From: a virus
Strand: one strand, 5' to 3'
Virus record (IMG/VR): IMGVR_UViG_3300037439_000038
Span: 3,944-67,943 of that record
Length of the DNA: 64,000 bases
A program made the position numbers and the translations under genes. Below the pieces are notes generated by a model that did not search any database, had not been told where the DNA came from, and saw only the letters and a list, made by a program, of their open reading frames with translations. Shown piece by piece: positions 54,350 to 64,000 of the stretch (its first letter is position 1; every line of letters begins with the position of its first letter).

Positions 54350-54507
54350 TAGACCAAACTCCTTCCGAATGTAAGGAATTCGCCTGTCGCGCAAGCGTCT
54401 TGAAATTCCTTACGGCGCTTAGCTTCTCGCTCTTTGCGCAGTTGTTCAAAGTATTCTGCTGGAATCTGTTGAAAGAACGCTGTTGCCGTATAGCCCTCAC
54501 CGCACAT
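54349..54507 (-). CDS. small hypothetical protein (52 aa)
   Basis: translated by hand MCGEGYTATAFFQQIPAEYFEQLRKE...; TAATG overlap with portal. Confidence 0.5.
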   Translation of the reverse strand: MCGEGYTATAFFQQIPAEYFEQLRKEREAKRRKEFQDACATGEFLTFGRSLV

Positions 54508-54939
54508 TTACTCGTTCACCTTTCCGGTAAAAGCAGTTTTTACATCAACCTCTGTCCCAACCTCACGAACCATATATGGATCATTGCCTGGACCGTGACT
54601 TGGAGCATATGGTCTATGACCATCTATTTCAAAGAATTCCATTGCTTCATGTTTTTCAACCAGTAGCACCTGTTCGAAAAGCCAACGCCGCCAAGATCTT
54701 TCATCGTAAGCCGCTGGAGGAACTGGGAAATAGTGTGCAACTCTTCGCAATTCATGCGGAGAATAAGAATTAGGAGTTTCAATAGTGATAACTAATGTAT
54801 GACCAACCGAACCTTGCCCACGATTCAATAACGATTCTAGTTCAAAAGTCCAATTCTCTTTGTACTCAAGCTTTTCCACTAAGTAATCAAGTGTTTCAGG
54901 ATAATTGGCTGTTTGCCACATTTGGTCTTCAAACATCAC
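54508..54939 (-). CDS. conserved hypothetical protein
   Basis: 143 aa, HEAMEFF...RPYAPSHG pattern. Confidence 0.7.
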   Translation of the reverse strand: MMFEDQMWQTANYPETLDYLVEKLEYKENWTFELESLLNRGQGSVGHTLVITIETPNSYSPHELRRVAHYFPVPPAAYDERSWRRWLFEQVLLVEKHEAMEFFEIDGHRPYAPSHGPGNDPYMVREVGTEVDVKTAFTGKVNE

Positions 54940-55076
54940 AATTCCGTTTCTATCGGATCATCCCAAATATCGATGATTGCGCCCTCTTCGTTTCTAGAAT
55001 AGTGATGCGTAGTATTTCTTAAATGTTCTGCAGAGCAGGTATTTCCGCGTGAACTTTCTGGACACTCTTTAGTCAT
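54936..55076 (-). CDS. small hypothetical protein (46 aa)
   Basis: translated by hand MTKECPESSRGNTCSAEH...; overlaps terminase stop and next start. Confidence 0.45.
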   Translation of the reverse strand: MTKECPESSRGNTCSAEHLRNTTHHYSRNEEGAIIDIWDDPIETEL

Positions 55077-56709
55077 CGTCGTAAGCTCCGCTCATCCAGT
55101 TTCCAAGTGCATCATTGATTACTGGGAAATCCTCACGGCGTTTTTCCCCTCGCATCGGCCTGCGGTACAACGGATCATCTGGAGAAACTTCTTCACCTGG
55201 CATAGTGTCATCATAAGCAAAAGATGCTTGGTGAACCCTTGCACCACTTGCCTTTCCAAATGTTCCATGACGACCAGCGAAAAACCGTCCCAATGCTTCT
55301 GGACCATGATCATATTTCTTCATAGGGTTGTCGAAACGCTTTTGACTAGTTTCAGATTCAGCTTTCTTTTCAGGATAGCGATACGCCAGCATATCCTCAA
55401 TAGTCCGCTTGCACCGTCTGTCAAACAGCAACCTTGGACGAATTTGACCGGGAACTAAAATTACGTTCTCTTTCATCCAGTAATCTTCAGTTACATATCT
55501 GGGATCACGCAAAGCTTTTCGAATGTGATTAATACGCGAATTTAGTTCTCCCCCAGTGCCTCCCACTCCACGCAATCCTAGTTTCTTTTCAAGAACTGAC
55601 GTGTAACCAGGTAGAGCAGGATCGGGATAGAAGAACCGCATATTGGCGGGACGCATTCTGCGCCAACGAATTTCATCAGCAAAATCTTCGGGATCTAAAC
55701 CTTCTTCGTAGATCTCATCCAAAACATTTATTTCTCCGTATGGTCCTTCTTGAATAACTAACCAAACGTTAGGATTGTTATATCCATAGTCAACTGCCGC
55801 GAATGTTTGCCATCCTGGATTGAATTCAAGGTCTGTGACGTGTTTTTCTTCGTCGAACTCTTTAAAGACTCGTCCCACAAATTCAGTGAAATCCGCAGCA
55901 ATTTCTTGTAAAAAAGCCTCAGCTGTAAGCTCATCTATTGATGCTAATACCTCTTTGTTGATAATGAAGTCATTTTCTGCTGCAAGCTTGTATACAGAAC
56001 GGTTCGTTTGTTGTTGCATCGCAAGCAGTTTGGTGACATGCTCATCAACAGTTGGTGTTTTATACACATGGTTGTTCACCCATGCGGGCATACGCCACGA
56101 AGCCCAGTCTAAATTGTTTGGGTCTTGTCCATGTCTCCAGACATTGTAGAACCAGTTCTTTCCTTCCGGCGTTGACGAATGGTACGACCACCCATCGAAG
56201 TCCGCAAGCGTGGGTCGAATATATTTGTACCAAATGGACTCTTTGAGCTTAGCAGCCTCAGAAAGAATGACACCTGAAAGTCCCTCTCCGACAAGCCTTT
56301 CGGGATTCTGCGCAGACTTGGCAACAATTTCCATTGCATTACTGAACAAAGATATACGCATCTGTCCAGTCTCAGGAGAATTGTATGATCCTTTATCCAT
56401 TGGAATTTCAAGCTTTTTACACCAATTCCATATCACACGGAATTCTTTTTCGGAGTCTGAATAGTTGGGTCCAACAATCCAAAAGACTCGCTTTTTACCC
56501 TCTGAAAGCAGAGTAGAGGCAATCGGCTTAGTGTAAAAAATCTCAGGTAACAATTTGTCGGTGGCCCCGCCGAAGCTCTTGCCAAAACGACGTCCAGCAG
56601 CTAAAACCTTATGACGGCAAGAGTTTTCGGCTACTTTGAGTTGGCCTACGTGAGGTTCCCAGCCGATAAGAGGGTGATCAAAGATCGCCCACTTATCCAA
56701 GACTGGCAT
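55069..56709 (-). CDS. terL: terminase large subunit
   Basis: AGRRFGKS Walker A, VILSEAA Walker B, SSTPEGKNWF, VDYGY and DHGPEAL nuclease motifs. Confidence 0.93.
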   Translation of the reverse strand: MPVLDKWAIFDHPLIGWEPHVGQLKVAENSCRHKVLAAGRRFGKSFGGATDKLLPEIFYTKPIASTLLSEGKKRVFWIVGPNYSDSEKEFRVIWNWCKKLEIPMDKGSYNSPETGQMRISLFSNAMEIVAKSAQNPERLVGEGLSGVILSEAAKLKESIWYKYIRPTLADFDGWSYHSSTPEGKNWFYNVWRHGQDPNNLDWASWRMPAWVNNHVYKTPTVDEHVTKLLAMQQQTNRSVYKLAAENDFIINKEVLASIDELTAEAFLQEIAADFTEFVGRVFKEFDEEKHVTDLEFNPGWQTFAAVDYGYNNPNVWLVIQEGPYGEINVLDEIYEEGLDPEDFADEIRWRRMRPANMRFFYPDPALPGYTSVLEKKLGLRGVGGTGGELNSRINHIRKALRDPRYVTEDYWMKENVILVPGQIRPRLLFDRRCKRTIEDMLAYRYPEKKAESETSQKRFDNPMKKYDHGPEALGRFFAGRHGTFGKASGARVHQASFAYDDTMPGEEVSPDDPLYRRPMRGEKRREDFPVINDALGNWMSGAYDDD

Positions 56710-56734
56710 AATAAATCATTCTCCAAAGAATAAA

Positions 56735-57085
56735 TTAATCCATCCAACCCCGAAGCAGGGTAAGACCTTTCGCGAGATATTCCAACGGCTTCTCAAATTC
56801 ATCCGGAATCAGGAAACGAAATCGCAAAGCCACACCGATTGAACTGATAACGGTATCAAGTGCTTTCACAATTTCATTGCGTTGATCAGGCGTAGCCTCT
56901 GGAAGAATCACCGGGTTCTGCGGAATAGACGGAGTCGGAACGTTCGGATCAACCACTGCCACAGCAGTTTTTACTGCAGCTTTGATCGCCTCATCCATTC
57001 CACCTGGAAGATTCGGCACCAGATTGGAAATATCACCTACCAGATCAGCTAGCAATCCTTCTTTGATTTCAGGCATGTATGGCAT
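56735..57085 (-). CDS. hypothetical protein
   Basis: 116-aa ORF upstream of terL. Confidence 0.65.
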   Translation of the reverse strand: MPYMPEIKEGLLADLVGDISNLVPNLPGGMDEAIKAAVKTAVAVVDPNVPTPSIPQNPVILPEATPDQRNEIVKALDTVISSIGVALRFRFLIPDEFEKPLEYLAKGLTLLRGWMD

Positions 57086-57284
57086 TTGGATCTTCTTTCT
57101 GAATTGTTAGTGCTGCGAATCGGATTCGGCCACTTGTATCCATAATTGAACAGAAGCGTAAATCACGTAAAAAGAATGGGTCAGGGGAAATACCCGGTAG
57201 TGGGTCGAGGACTACCGGGTTTCCCGTCCCAACGGCTGCCCCGTGTGCGGCGCTCAATTGGGTTGCCTCCATTCGTATTTCAAA

Positions 57285-57518
57285 TCACGGTCGAACAACC
57301 GCGTTATTTGGTCCTTGGGCACTTGAAGCATTGCCCTCAAAGCTTCCACGGCGAATTTTCTTAGAACCTGGATGTGGGAAGGGACTAGCTGCAGATCGTG
57401 CCTTTAGTTCTGCCTCAACTAGATCATCAGTATTGTCTCGATCCCTAGGAATATTTTGAATCTTAGTCTCGGTATCGTGCATACGTGTAACTTTTGGTGC
57501 GCGTCCTTTGCGTCCCAT
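57285..57518 (-). CDS. hypothetical protein
   Basis: 77-aa basic, low-complexity ORF; weak support. Confidence 0.35.
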   Translation of the reverse strand: MGRKGRAPKVTRMHDTETKIQNIPRDRDNTDDLVEAELKARSAASPFPHPGSKKIRRGSFEGNASSAQGPNNAVVRP

Positions 57519-57618
57519 TTTGAATTCCTTTCTTGGACAGCAGGATTCACCTGGATAGGTCTCCGTTGCCAGGATAGGTCACATCTAGGGTAGTGCGCAA
57601 GAGACACGCCGAGAAATC

Positions 57619-58809
57619 TTAGGTGAAATCACTTAGCGTGTACTGCTTACGCGATACATTTTGGGATTTTGGTGCTGGCTTGGGTGCTTTCGGTAAAACA
57701 TGCCGGAACATTCCGTTAGAGAGAGCTTCGCGTATGAAGTGTATATCCCCATCGACTTCCGCTGCCCTTGAGGCATAGCGTTTTTGGGTGGATTTTTTGA
57801 TGTCGTCACTTTTATCCGTTAGGTCATATTCAAATGGTTTAATTTCTACTGTTTGAGCAAGGACCGCAGGGTTTCTTGCATTGAGGCGACTTGCGCCTGA
57901 ATCGGTTGTAGCTCCATTTGAAGCTTCAATTTCCCTTGTATATGGGTCAGTTCCCCTACTTGTATCTGTATATTGTTCAGCTGAAACGCTATGTTGTTCA
58001 GTCTCGCCCAGTTCAACCACATCTGCATCAATAACGTTTGCTCTTGCGGCTCTTGAGGATTCTCGGCTTCCACTTAAGATCCCTTCAAATACTTGTTCAA
58101 AGCTAGAATCTGCTGCTAAAGTAATTGTCTGCGAAGCCTTACCAAGTCCTCTGTCTAGCAAGGTATTTGCAGCTTTAAGCCGAATATCTGGTTCAATATT
58201 CTTATTCATCATGATTTCGGCTACAGTATGTGCAGCCTTAACCGTATGAGCCTTTAATTCCTGTTGCGCTCGCTCATATATCGCCTTTGTGAAAGCCTGG
58301 GCAAGGTCACGAGGAATATTTCGCGGCTTGTAGATTTTCCCGTTTTTTGCACGAAACCCGCAAGTAGCAAGTTCCTCATCGTCCAGATCGTCAACTGTAA
58401 TTTGACCTGCTTTATACAAAGCGTAACGCGAAAGGGATTCTTTTTCACGTTCACTAAGATTTTCTTCATCTTCGACCTTAATCAACTGATCTAACGGATG
58501 CAGTCTCCCGCCGTGGATATTGCAACGAGGACAACGGTTTTCGGCTCTCTTTAGGCACTTTTCACCAGCCTTAGTAAAACCACTACATAGGACATAGCCA
58601 AGATTATCAACCCGATAACCATAGTTTGGGGAATAATTAGCTAACTGATCTGGTCTAAAAGGTCCGCGCATGTTAAGCGGCACATGATATTCCAACGCTG
58701 GTAGTTTACCACCAGGTGCTTCTAAAAATGTGCCGACCTCTTTACCCAACTCTTTAACGAAAAGCTTTGGTCCAGAGGGCATTCCGGCAAACTTAACGGG
58801 TGCATTCAT
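57619..58809 (-). CDS. terminase small subunit-like protein (long, zinc-knuckle)
   Basis: C..TKAGEKC....CPRCNIHGG motif and IRLKAANTLLDRGLGK helix typical of TerS; upstream of terL. Confidence 0.7.
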   Translation of the reverse strand: MNAPVKFAGMPSGPKLFVKELGKEVGTFLEAPGGKLPALEYHVPLNMRGPFRPDQLANYSPNYGYRVDNLGYVLCSGFTKAGEKCLKRAENRCPRCNIHGGRLHPLDQLIKVEDEENLSEREKESLSRYALYKAGQITVDDLDDEELATCGFRAKNGKIYKPRNIPRDLAQAFTKAIYERAQQELKAHTVKAAHTVAEIMMNKNIEPDIRLKAANTLLDRGLGKASQTITLAADSSFEQVFEGILSGSRESSRAARANVIDADVVELGETEQHSVSAEQYTDTSRGTDPYTREIEASNGATTDSGASRLNARNPAVLAQTVEIKPFEYDLTDKSDDIKKSTQKRYASRAAEVDGDIHFIREALSNGMFRHVLPKAPKPAPKSQNVSRKQYTLSDFT

Positions 58810-58965
58810 ATTCCCTCATCGCTATACCTAGTTCGGTCCACCAATCAAGTTCTTTTTGCATTCTGTTCCTAGCTTCACGAACCCTGTCATGGAATTCAGC
58901 TTTAGAGGGATCAGCGAGAACTTTATCGGCTTCATTGATTGCGGCCTTTGCCTGCTCACCAGGAG

Positions 58966-59235
58966 TCATATCTGTTCGTACTTCACATAGGGAACTGTAC
59001 CGTCAGGGTCTGAAACAGGTTGATACACAATCTTTTTCCGAATGAAATGTTTAAACGCCTGCGACCAAACAACCATCGTATATTTCTGCACTTCGCTAGT
59101 ATGTTTACGCGGCTGACGAATCAATGGAGCATTGGCGTTGTCTAGCTGAGCATAGGGAATACCGTTATAAAGGCGCGTTCCGTCACCGCGATTCAAAGTC
59201 CACACTCCGCAATGGACTTCCATTACTGCTGTCAT
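58966..59235 (-). CDS. hypothetical protein
   Basis: 89-aa ORF, ATGA overlap. Confidence 0.55.
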   Translation of the reverse strand: MTAVMEVHCGVWTLNRGDGTRLYNGIPYAQLDNANAPLIRQPRKHTSEVQKYTMVVWSQAFKHFIRKKIVYQPVSDPDGTVPYVKYEQI

Positions 59236-59588
59236 TTTAAATCCCTTATACCTCTTACAATTTCCATGCTTAGCTTCTCTACATTACGTGGCGTCATCGT
59301 GTGACGATTCATACCTTCAATTAGTACAGCAAGAGAGGCTGCAAGTCTAGTGACCGCAACCGTGTCGTCGGAGACTTTCTCAAAGACAGTCTGCGTCTTA
59401 GTAATTGAGTCTTTTAGCTGCGCAATCGTAATTCTAAGGGCTTCTGCACATTTCTCGCAAAGGTGCTCAATTGCTCTAGGCATCCCGAATTCAGAGATTT
59501 CTTCAATCGGTGGTAGTGAAGATGGCGATTTAGTATCATTACCGCACCAATCACATTGATATTCAACACTTCTCATGGTTTCGGCCAA
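59232..59588 (-). CDS. zinc-ribbon plus coiled-coil hypothetical protein
   Basis: CDWC ... HLCEKC. Confidence 0.6.
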   Translation of the reverse strand: MAETMRSVEYQCDWCGNDTKSPSSLPPIEEISEFGMPRAIEHLCEKCAEALRITIAQLKDSITKTQTVFEKVSDDTVAVTRLAASLAVLIEGMNRHTMTPRNVEKLSMEIVRGIRDLK

Positions 59589-59893
59589 TCCATCATTTGC
59601 CCTTGTTCTTTCTCTGGTTCAATACGACCCTCCCAACCACGCCAATCAGTTGGTCCCCCAATAATTCCTAAGCCATATTCAAACATTTGGGGAGGGTTTA
59701 AGAGATCATGATACATTCGTCTTTGGCGTGCGAACCTACCCATTAATCGATCCTGAGCAGTAAATTCACCTTTAAGAATTGATTCAATGTTTAGAAGTTC
59801 TTCAAGGTAATCAAGAGTTACCTTGAGTTTGATTAGACCCCAGGTCTTTTGGGGAACATCTACACTAACGCTAATTATTGCTTGGCCTGGCAT
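59573..59893 (-). CDS. hypothetical protein
   Basis: 106-aa ORF in operon context. Confidence 0.55.
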   Translation of the reverse strand: MPGQAIISVSVDVPQKTWGLIKLKVTLDYLEELLNIESILKGEFTAQDRLMGRFARQRRMYHDLLNPPQMFEYGLGIIGGPTDWRGWEGRIEPEKEQGQMMDWPKP

Positions 59894-60137
59894 TATCCAT
59901 CACCTCAATCAAATGATCGACATCGTATAGTTCGCCACAAGTACAATATCCATCATAGTATGGATTATGTTCTGATTTAGTAGCTTTCAGTTCTGCTATG
60001 GTGAAGATTGGAGACTTATATTTAGTTCTGTGCTCTGATTCAGTATGTCCGCAATTAGTGCAAAGTTTCAAGCATCGACAGTTCTTACCTTTATGTGGGT
60101 GATCATATGTCGCACAAACTAATTCATCGCGTGGCAT
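59871..60137 (-). CDS. Cys/His-rich hypothetical protein
   Basis: multiple CxxC/H motifs. Confidence 0.6.
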   Translation of the reverse strand: MPRDELVCATYDHPHKGKNCRCLKLCTNCGHTESEHRTKYKSPIFTIAELKATKSEHNPYYDGYCTCGELYDVDHLIEVMDNARPSNN

Positions 60138-60307
60138 GGGATACCTCTAAAATTGCCATAATAGCCCAAGCAACCATAACGAGAACAACAAAACTAATCA
60201 ATGCAAGCTTCACAGGTTTTCTCTTTCTCGACAAGTAAAAAATGGTAACAATCGGTATGTTCTTTTACTTCCGAAAAACCACAGTGATTTTCTTTGAATG
60301 ACAAACC

Positions 60308-60652
60308 TCATCTTTTATCCCTGCCTGCTATCCAATGAACGCATCTACGTGGAATGTCTTGCCGCACTTGAATTTCAGTACCAAATGTACGCCATTTAAC
60401 CTTACAGAAACAAACTTCATATAAATTCCACCAACCTAATTCAGTCCATGGCATATCCACACTAAGACTGTATGCCATAAGCGGAGTTCGACCCAAAGAA
60501 ATGTGTGGATTGCGATGACCTTCTGAACAAGTAACTGGAACAACAAGTTTCGGATGCTTATTGGGTACTAGCAATCCATGCTTGGCTATCGAATGAAAAT
60601 TCCTATCAGGAGACCAATGATATCCAATCATATTTTGCCCTTGACTTCCCAT
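60308..60652 (-). CDS. ADP-ribosyltransferase-fold (Tpt1/PARP-like) protein
   Basis: GYHWS...SIAKHGLLVP, HISL, EIQV...DIP match the H-S-E/Q layout of minimal ART domains. Confidence 0.55.
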   Translation of the reverse strand: MGSQGQNMIGYHWSPDRNFHSIAKHGLLVPNKHPKLVVPVTCSEGHRNPHISLGRTPLMAYSLSVDMPWTELGWWNLYEVCFCKVKWRTFGTEIQVRQDIPRRCVHWIAGRDKR

Positions 60653-61240
60653 TCTCCAATATCCGTTCTTTCCTCATCTGTTGGAGAACGAACAGAATTC
60701 ACCCTGAGCTTTCTCGACCAAAAACCTTCATGCAGTTGTTAATTGCTTCTTCTAGCTGGTTATATGCTTTGTCTTGTTCTTCTGTTAAAGCCATCTAAAC
60801 CCCAGCCCAATCTAACCAGTCTATTTCATCTTGACGCTGCTGTTCTAGCTCTTTCATTACTTCCAGATCCTTGTATATTGCTTCCAAGAGAATCTGAGTC
60901 ATCGTCTTTCTAGGAGAAGGGCACATCAAATCCACCTCGCTATTACTTCATTGTTTTCATCTTCTGCTTCATGCCAGCCTTTGTGATTGACATCTAAAGT
61001 ACAAAGATATTGCATCTCATGGTTTGACTCAGCTAAGCATAGAATATCAGCCAAAGCTATTGCAGCACTTTGTGCTTCAGGATCATCAATCATCTTCTAG
61101 ATCCTTCTTTAGCCACTCCATGTACTTGTCTGCTGTAGCCAAAACGCTTGCGTCCCTATCTCTTATAGCAGAAATTCCACCCCATGATGTCGCTGCAGCA
61201 TGTAGTGCAATAGCACGAAGAATCAGTTCATCCTCATCCA

Positions 61241-61432
61241 TTATTCTGGTCCTTTCAAGTTATTCAAACCCATTGATATAGCAATGAATGCAGATCCACC
61301 CAAAAGCCTTGTCATAGCACTGACTCCGATTGCTCTATCCAAATCGCGTACAAAGAAATCCCAAACTCCCCACATACCCAACATCAATGTGAGAAACCCA
61401 AAGATGAATATCCAACTAATTATAAACTTCAT
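61241..61432 (-). CDS. small membrane protein
   Basis: two TM segments. Confidence 0.6.
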   Translation of the reverse strand: MKFIISWIFIFGFLTLMLGMWGVWDFFVRDLDRAIGVSAMTRLLGGSAFIAISMGLNNLKGPE

Positions 61433-61622
61433 CCATCAATCTCCTAAATCCTTCTTTTGCTCTATCCCAATCGAAAACCTCACTTGGCCTTGGTGTTTCA
61501 GCACGGAGTTTGTTTATAACTGCAGAATTCATTCGCGCATTTCTTAGCTGATCTGAAGTATGCGATCCTGTTTTACCTATGGCAAAATCAGCGCCCATAT
61601 TTTCAGCCTCCCATAATCTCAT
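61416..61622 (-). CDS. hypothetical protein
   Basis: 68-aa ORF. Confidence 0.45.
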   Translation of the reverse strand: MRLWEAENMGADFAIGKTGSHTSDQLRNARMNSAVINKLRAETPRPSEVFDWDRAKEGFRRLMDEVYN

Positions 61623-61848
61623 TGATCTTAGCTACTGCTTCATCGCCAGCATCTTTTGCAAGAGTAGATTGGAAAACTCCTGTGCCGCTCATATTCTCCC
61701 AGCAAGTTGAAGCAAAACCCATAGCTTGAAATACAACTTCTTCTATGCTATTACAGCTATCAAATCGATTGGTCATTAAATTTCCTTGTGTAGTAATGAT
61801 TTCCAAGGCAGTATTTGATGTGATGTTTTTCCCACCACCGTGACCCAC
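61603..61848 (-). CDS. hypothetical protein
   Basis: VFQAMGFASTCWE..GVFQS pattern seen in small phage proteins; start probably MTNRF. Confidence 0.55.
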   Translation of the reverse strand: MGHGGGKNITSNTALEIITTQGNLMTNRFDSCNSIEEVVFQAMGFASTCWENMSGTGVFQSTLAKDAGDEAVAKINEIMGG

Positions 61849-61955
61849 TTTGCATTGTTTCTGCTTGAAAATTCAAACCGCAACCATCATCACCACCGCA
61901 TCTAAAAAATCTCATATCATATGGCCGAATGATACTGCGCTCTATAACAATTCGT

Positions 61956-62294
61956 TTATTCCGAAGCGCTGGCAATACAGGCATTTTTACGATCCTGCTT
62001 TCTGATCTTATTTTGCATATGCCGAACATAACGGTGTGCAATCACAGCATCACGGAATGGATGTTTTGGAATCTTAAATCGCTTGCGCGTAGCTACCATT
62101 CCGCTTGCCCTGCGACTTGCGCGATTAGAGACAGGACGGAAAATTTGCCCCATTTGAATTCCGGGTATCGGTTGATTAGTTCCCAGTTTAAACGGTGAGA
62201 TCCGTTGCGGCGTAGCTTCTTCCCGTAGTTTTGCATTACCTTTATCCATGCTGGTACGCTTTACTACAGTCTTGCGCAATTGATCAAATTTCAT
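61956..62294 (-). CDS. basic hypothetical protein
   Basis: 112 aa, NRASRR motif, ATGA overlap. Confidence 0.55.
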   Translation of the reverse strand: MKFDQLRKTVVKRTSMDKGNAKLREEATPQRISPFKLGTNQPIPGIQMGQIFRPVSNRASRRASGMVATRKRFKIPKHPFRDAVIAHRYVRHMQNKIRKQDRKNACIASASE

Positions 62295-62536
62295 GCTGAT
62301 GAAATCCTTCCATATTCGCCATCCCAGTTTACAATATGAATCATGGTATTAAACAAGGGAATTGGTAGTGTATCAAATTCTGGTATTTCTGTGATATAGA
62401 TCTGTAGTGGTCTAATCCCAATCTCCATGAATGATTTTTCAAGCCACTCATTAACCCAAACTACATAATCGGTTGAATCTTTAAGTACAGCAATAACCTT
62501 CACTCGCGAACCGTAGTCAGCTTGAATTACTTTCAC
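62291..62536 (-). CDS. hypothetical protein
   Basis: 81-aa ORF, SD AGGAG. Confidence 0.55.
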   Translation of the reverse strand: MKVIQADYGSRVKVIAVLKDSTDYVVWVNEWLEKSFMEIGIRPLQIYITEIPEFDTLPIPLFNTMIHIVNWDGEYGRISSA

Positions 62537-62656
62537 CAGTGCATCTCCTGTTCATCTTCGACCCTTTCCATTTCACTTCGTTGTTCTAATTCAACCCTAC
62601 GATCTAGGTATTCCGAATGCCTTAAGCCGGAATCAATTTCGATTCTTATATCATCA

Positions 62657-62941
62657 TCAAACTTTTGCGAGTGCATCACGGATACCTTCAAAAGCCTTCT
62701 CTAACTCTAAACCCCACTTAAGACGTTCTATCACAACGTATTCCGGCCTTGGTTCATCATTGTCACGTTTGAGATCCCAGTAATCATCTCGCCATGTAGG
62801 CATGAATTCTTCTAGCCATGCAATGATTTCATCCATTCTAGATAACCTCTGGCATTGGATTGATATTTTGGAACACATGAATAGCTCCACCATTAATCTC
62901 TCTACGCTCAAGAGGCACAACATAAATACGTGAGAAATCAA
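62657..62941 (-). CDS. hypothetical protein
   Basis: true start probably MDEIIAW. Confidence 0.45.
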   Translation of the reverse strand: MISHVFMLCLLSVERLMVELFMCSKISIQCQRLSRMDEIIAWLEEFMPTWRDDYWDLKRDNDEPRPEYVVIERLKWGLELEKAFEGIRDALAKV

Positions 62942-63137
62942 GAGATTGATCTCGTGTCATTGCTAGCATCAAATCAAATTCACCATACTTATAAAACTTA
63001 GTGAATATCGGTCTAACCTGCATTGTGTACGCTGAATCAATGGAATGCTCAAACTCAGCAAATACAGGGTAAGCAATTACCCTTAGCTGAACTCCCTTGT
63101 CTACTACCATAAGCCAACACCAAACACCTGCTTTCAT
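62838..63137 (-). CDS. hypothetical protein
   Basis: 99-aa ORF. Confidence 0.55.
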   Translation of the reverse strand: MKAGVWCWLMVVDKGVQLRVIAYPVFAEFEHSIDSAYTMQVRPIFTKFYKYGEFDLMLAMTRDQSLDFSRIYVVPLERREINGGAIHVFQNINPMPEVI

Positions 63138-63309
63138 TACACAGCCTTCAATCCAGACGATCCCTTAAGAAATGCTTCGAATTTCTTTGCATCTTCTACT
63201 ACTTGATCCGCTAAGCTATCCTGTTGAAGATGTGATCCACGAATATCTGCTAGATGCATAGCTTCTGCCAATGCACCTCTTCGATTCATTGAATCAAATT
63301 CACCTGGTG

Positions 63310-63711
63310 TCATCTCGACCCTTTCATTCTCATCAATTGGCGAAATCCTCTGTGAGAGTTACCAATTCGCACACCTGACGGTGCCTGAGTATATGGTACC
63401 CCTCCTGGGCTGGTTCCGGTAGACCCAAACCCTTTCTCGTCAGTAAAAGAATATCCTGGAAGTATTCCTGGTTTATTCTGATTTATCTCTGTGCTGTAAT
63501 AATCCTGATATTCTTCACTTGGTGCGAAAGTTATTCCCTTACTACTTCTTTCGCTCAAGCTTTCTTTCTTCCAATTCTGGCCGTTGAGATACATTGCTGA
63601 CTGTTGGAGCTTGGACCAACGGAGGCTGCCCGCCGTAGCGATCAGAAATACCATGCGCTGCAATAGAATTAGACCAATAAAGATAGCAATCCACCAATAC
63701 CATGCAATCAT
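63310..63711 (-). CDS. membrane-anchored hypothetical protein
   Basis: Trp-rich N-terminal TM helix. Confidence 0.55.
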   Translation of the reverse strand: MIAWYWWIAIFIGLILLQRMVFLIATAGSLRWSKLQQSAMYLNGQNWKKESLSERSSKGITFAPSEEYQDYYSTEINQNKPGILPGYSFTDEKGFGSTGTSPGGVPYTQAPSGVRIGNSHRGFRQLMRMKGSR

Positions 63712-64000
63712 CGGTCGTACCTCTTCTGTCCAGCATATAATCCAGCTTGTTTTAATTCATCAAACATTGGAGTAGAGAAGATGAAAGGTGCTCTCCTGAT
63801 CCACTTTTCAAGTTCAGGAATTTCAGGCATCATACCTTTGCAGCTCTCATACCCTGCCATCATCAAATTGCATGAGCGACAAAGCAATCCACGAATACAC
63901 CTACCACACGATCTAGCACCTCTAGCAGGTGCTCTGCCAATTCGTATATCGTGGCAACATATATGATTATGATCTATATGAAGTGCCCTCCATCCCTCGC

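Noticed and set aside
55069-55076. Read-through of the terL stop
   Set aside because: The downstream sequence is explained by an independent overlapping 46-aa ORF starting at ATG 55076 in another frame.
57290-57310. GTTCGAC T-loop-like sequence near terS
   Set aside because: No proper 5-6 bp T-stem, no acceptor stem and no downstream start-associated motif.
767-63966. Other plus-strand and nested minus-strand ORFs in the track
   Set aside because: They overlap well-supported minus-strand genes and are shadow frames without RBS or motifs.

Overview
The window is most of a lytic siphovirus genome, with essentially every gene on the minus strand. The host is probably a mycolic-acid-containing actinobacterium (cutinase-type LysB, mycobacteriophage-type LysA), although the DNA looks only low-to-mid 40s % GC by eye. 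Reading right to left: small unknown genes, terminase small/large, portal, a JAB protease, a MuF-zincin fusion, scaffold, capsid, head-tail genes, major tail, tail chaperones with a probable +1 frameshift, tape measure, minor tails and a lysis cassette. Next come a ~1.3 kb non-coding block, an early-gene region with tRNA-Gln(UUG), and replication/recombination genes (SNF2 helicase, Cas4-like nuclease, Sak4-like ATPase, SSB-like, MazG-like, EndoVII, DnaE, RuvC-like). No integrase or repressor is visible. The standout feature is an RNA-based system in the early region (14.4-22.7 kb). Ten sequence-divergent but structurally conserved mini-tRNA elements sit between successive early genes. Each has an acceptor stem and a canonical T-arm stacking to 11-12 bp, a GG-containing D-loop-like linker and an RCG/ACCA trailer, and eight lack any arm at the anticodon position. 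Most are followed by a conserved GAGGATGGAA start-associated sequence. Upstream, a candidate bidirectional promoter also points into a ~800-nt highly structured ORF-free RNA that carries the exact complement of the mini-tRNA linker. All structures were read by eye and no folding or database searches were run.
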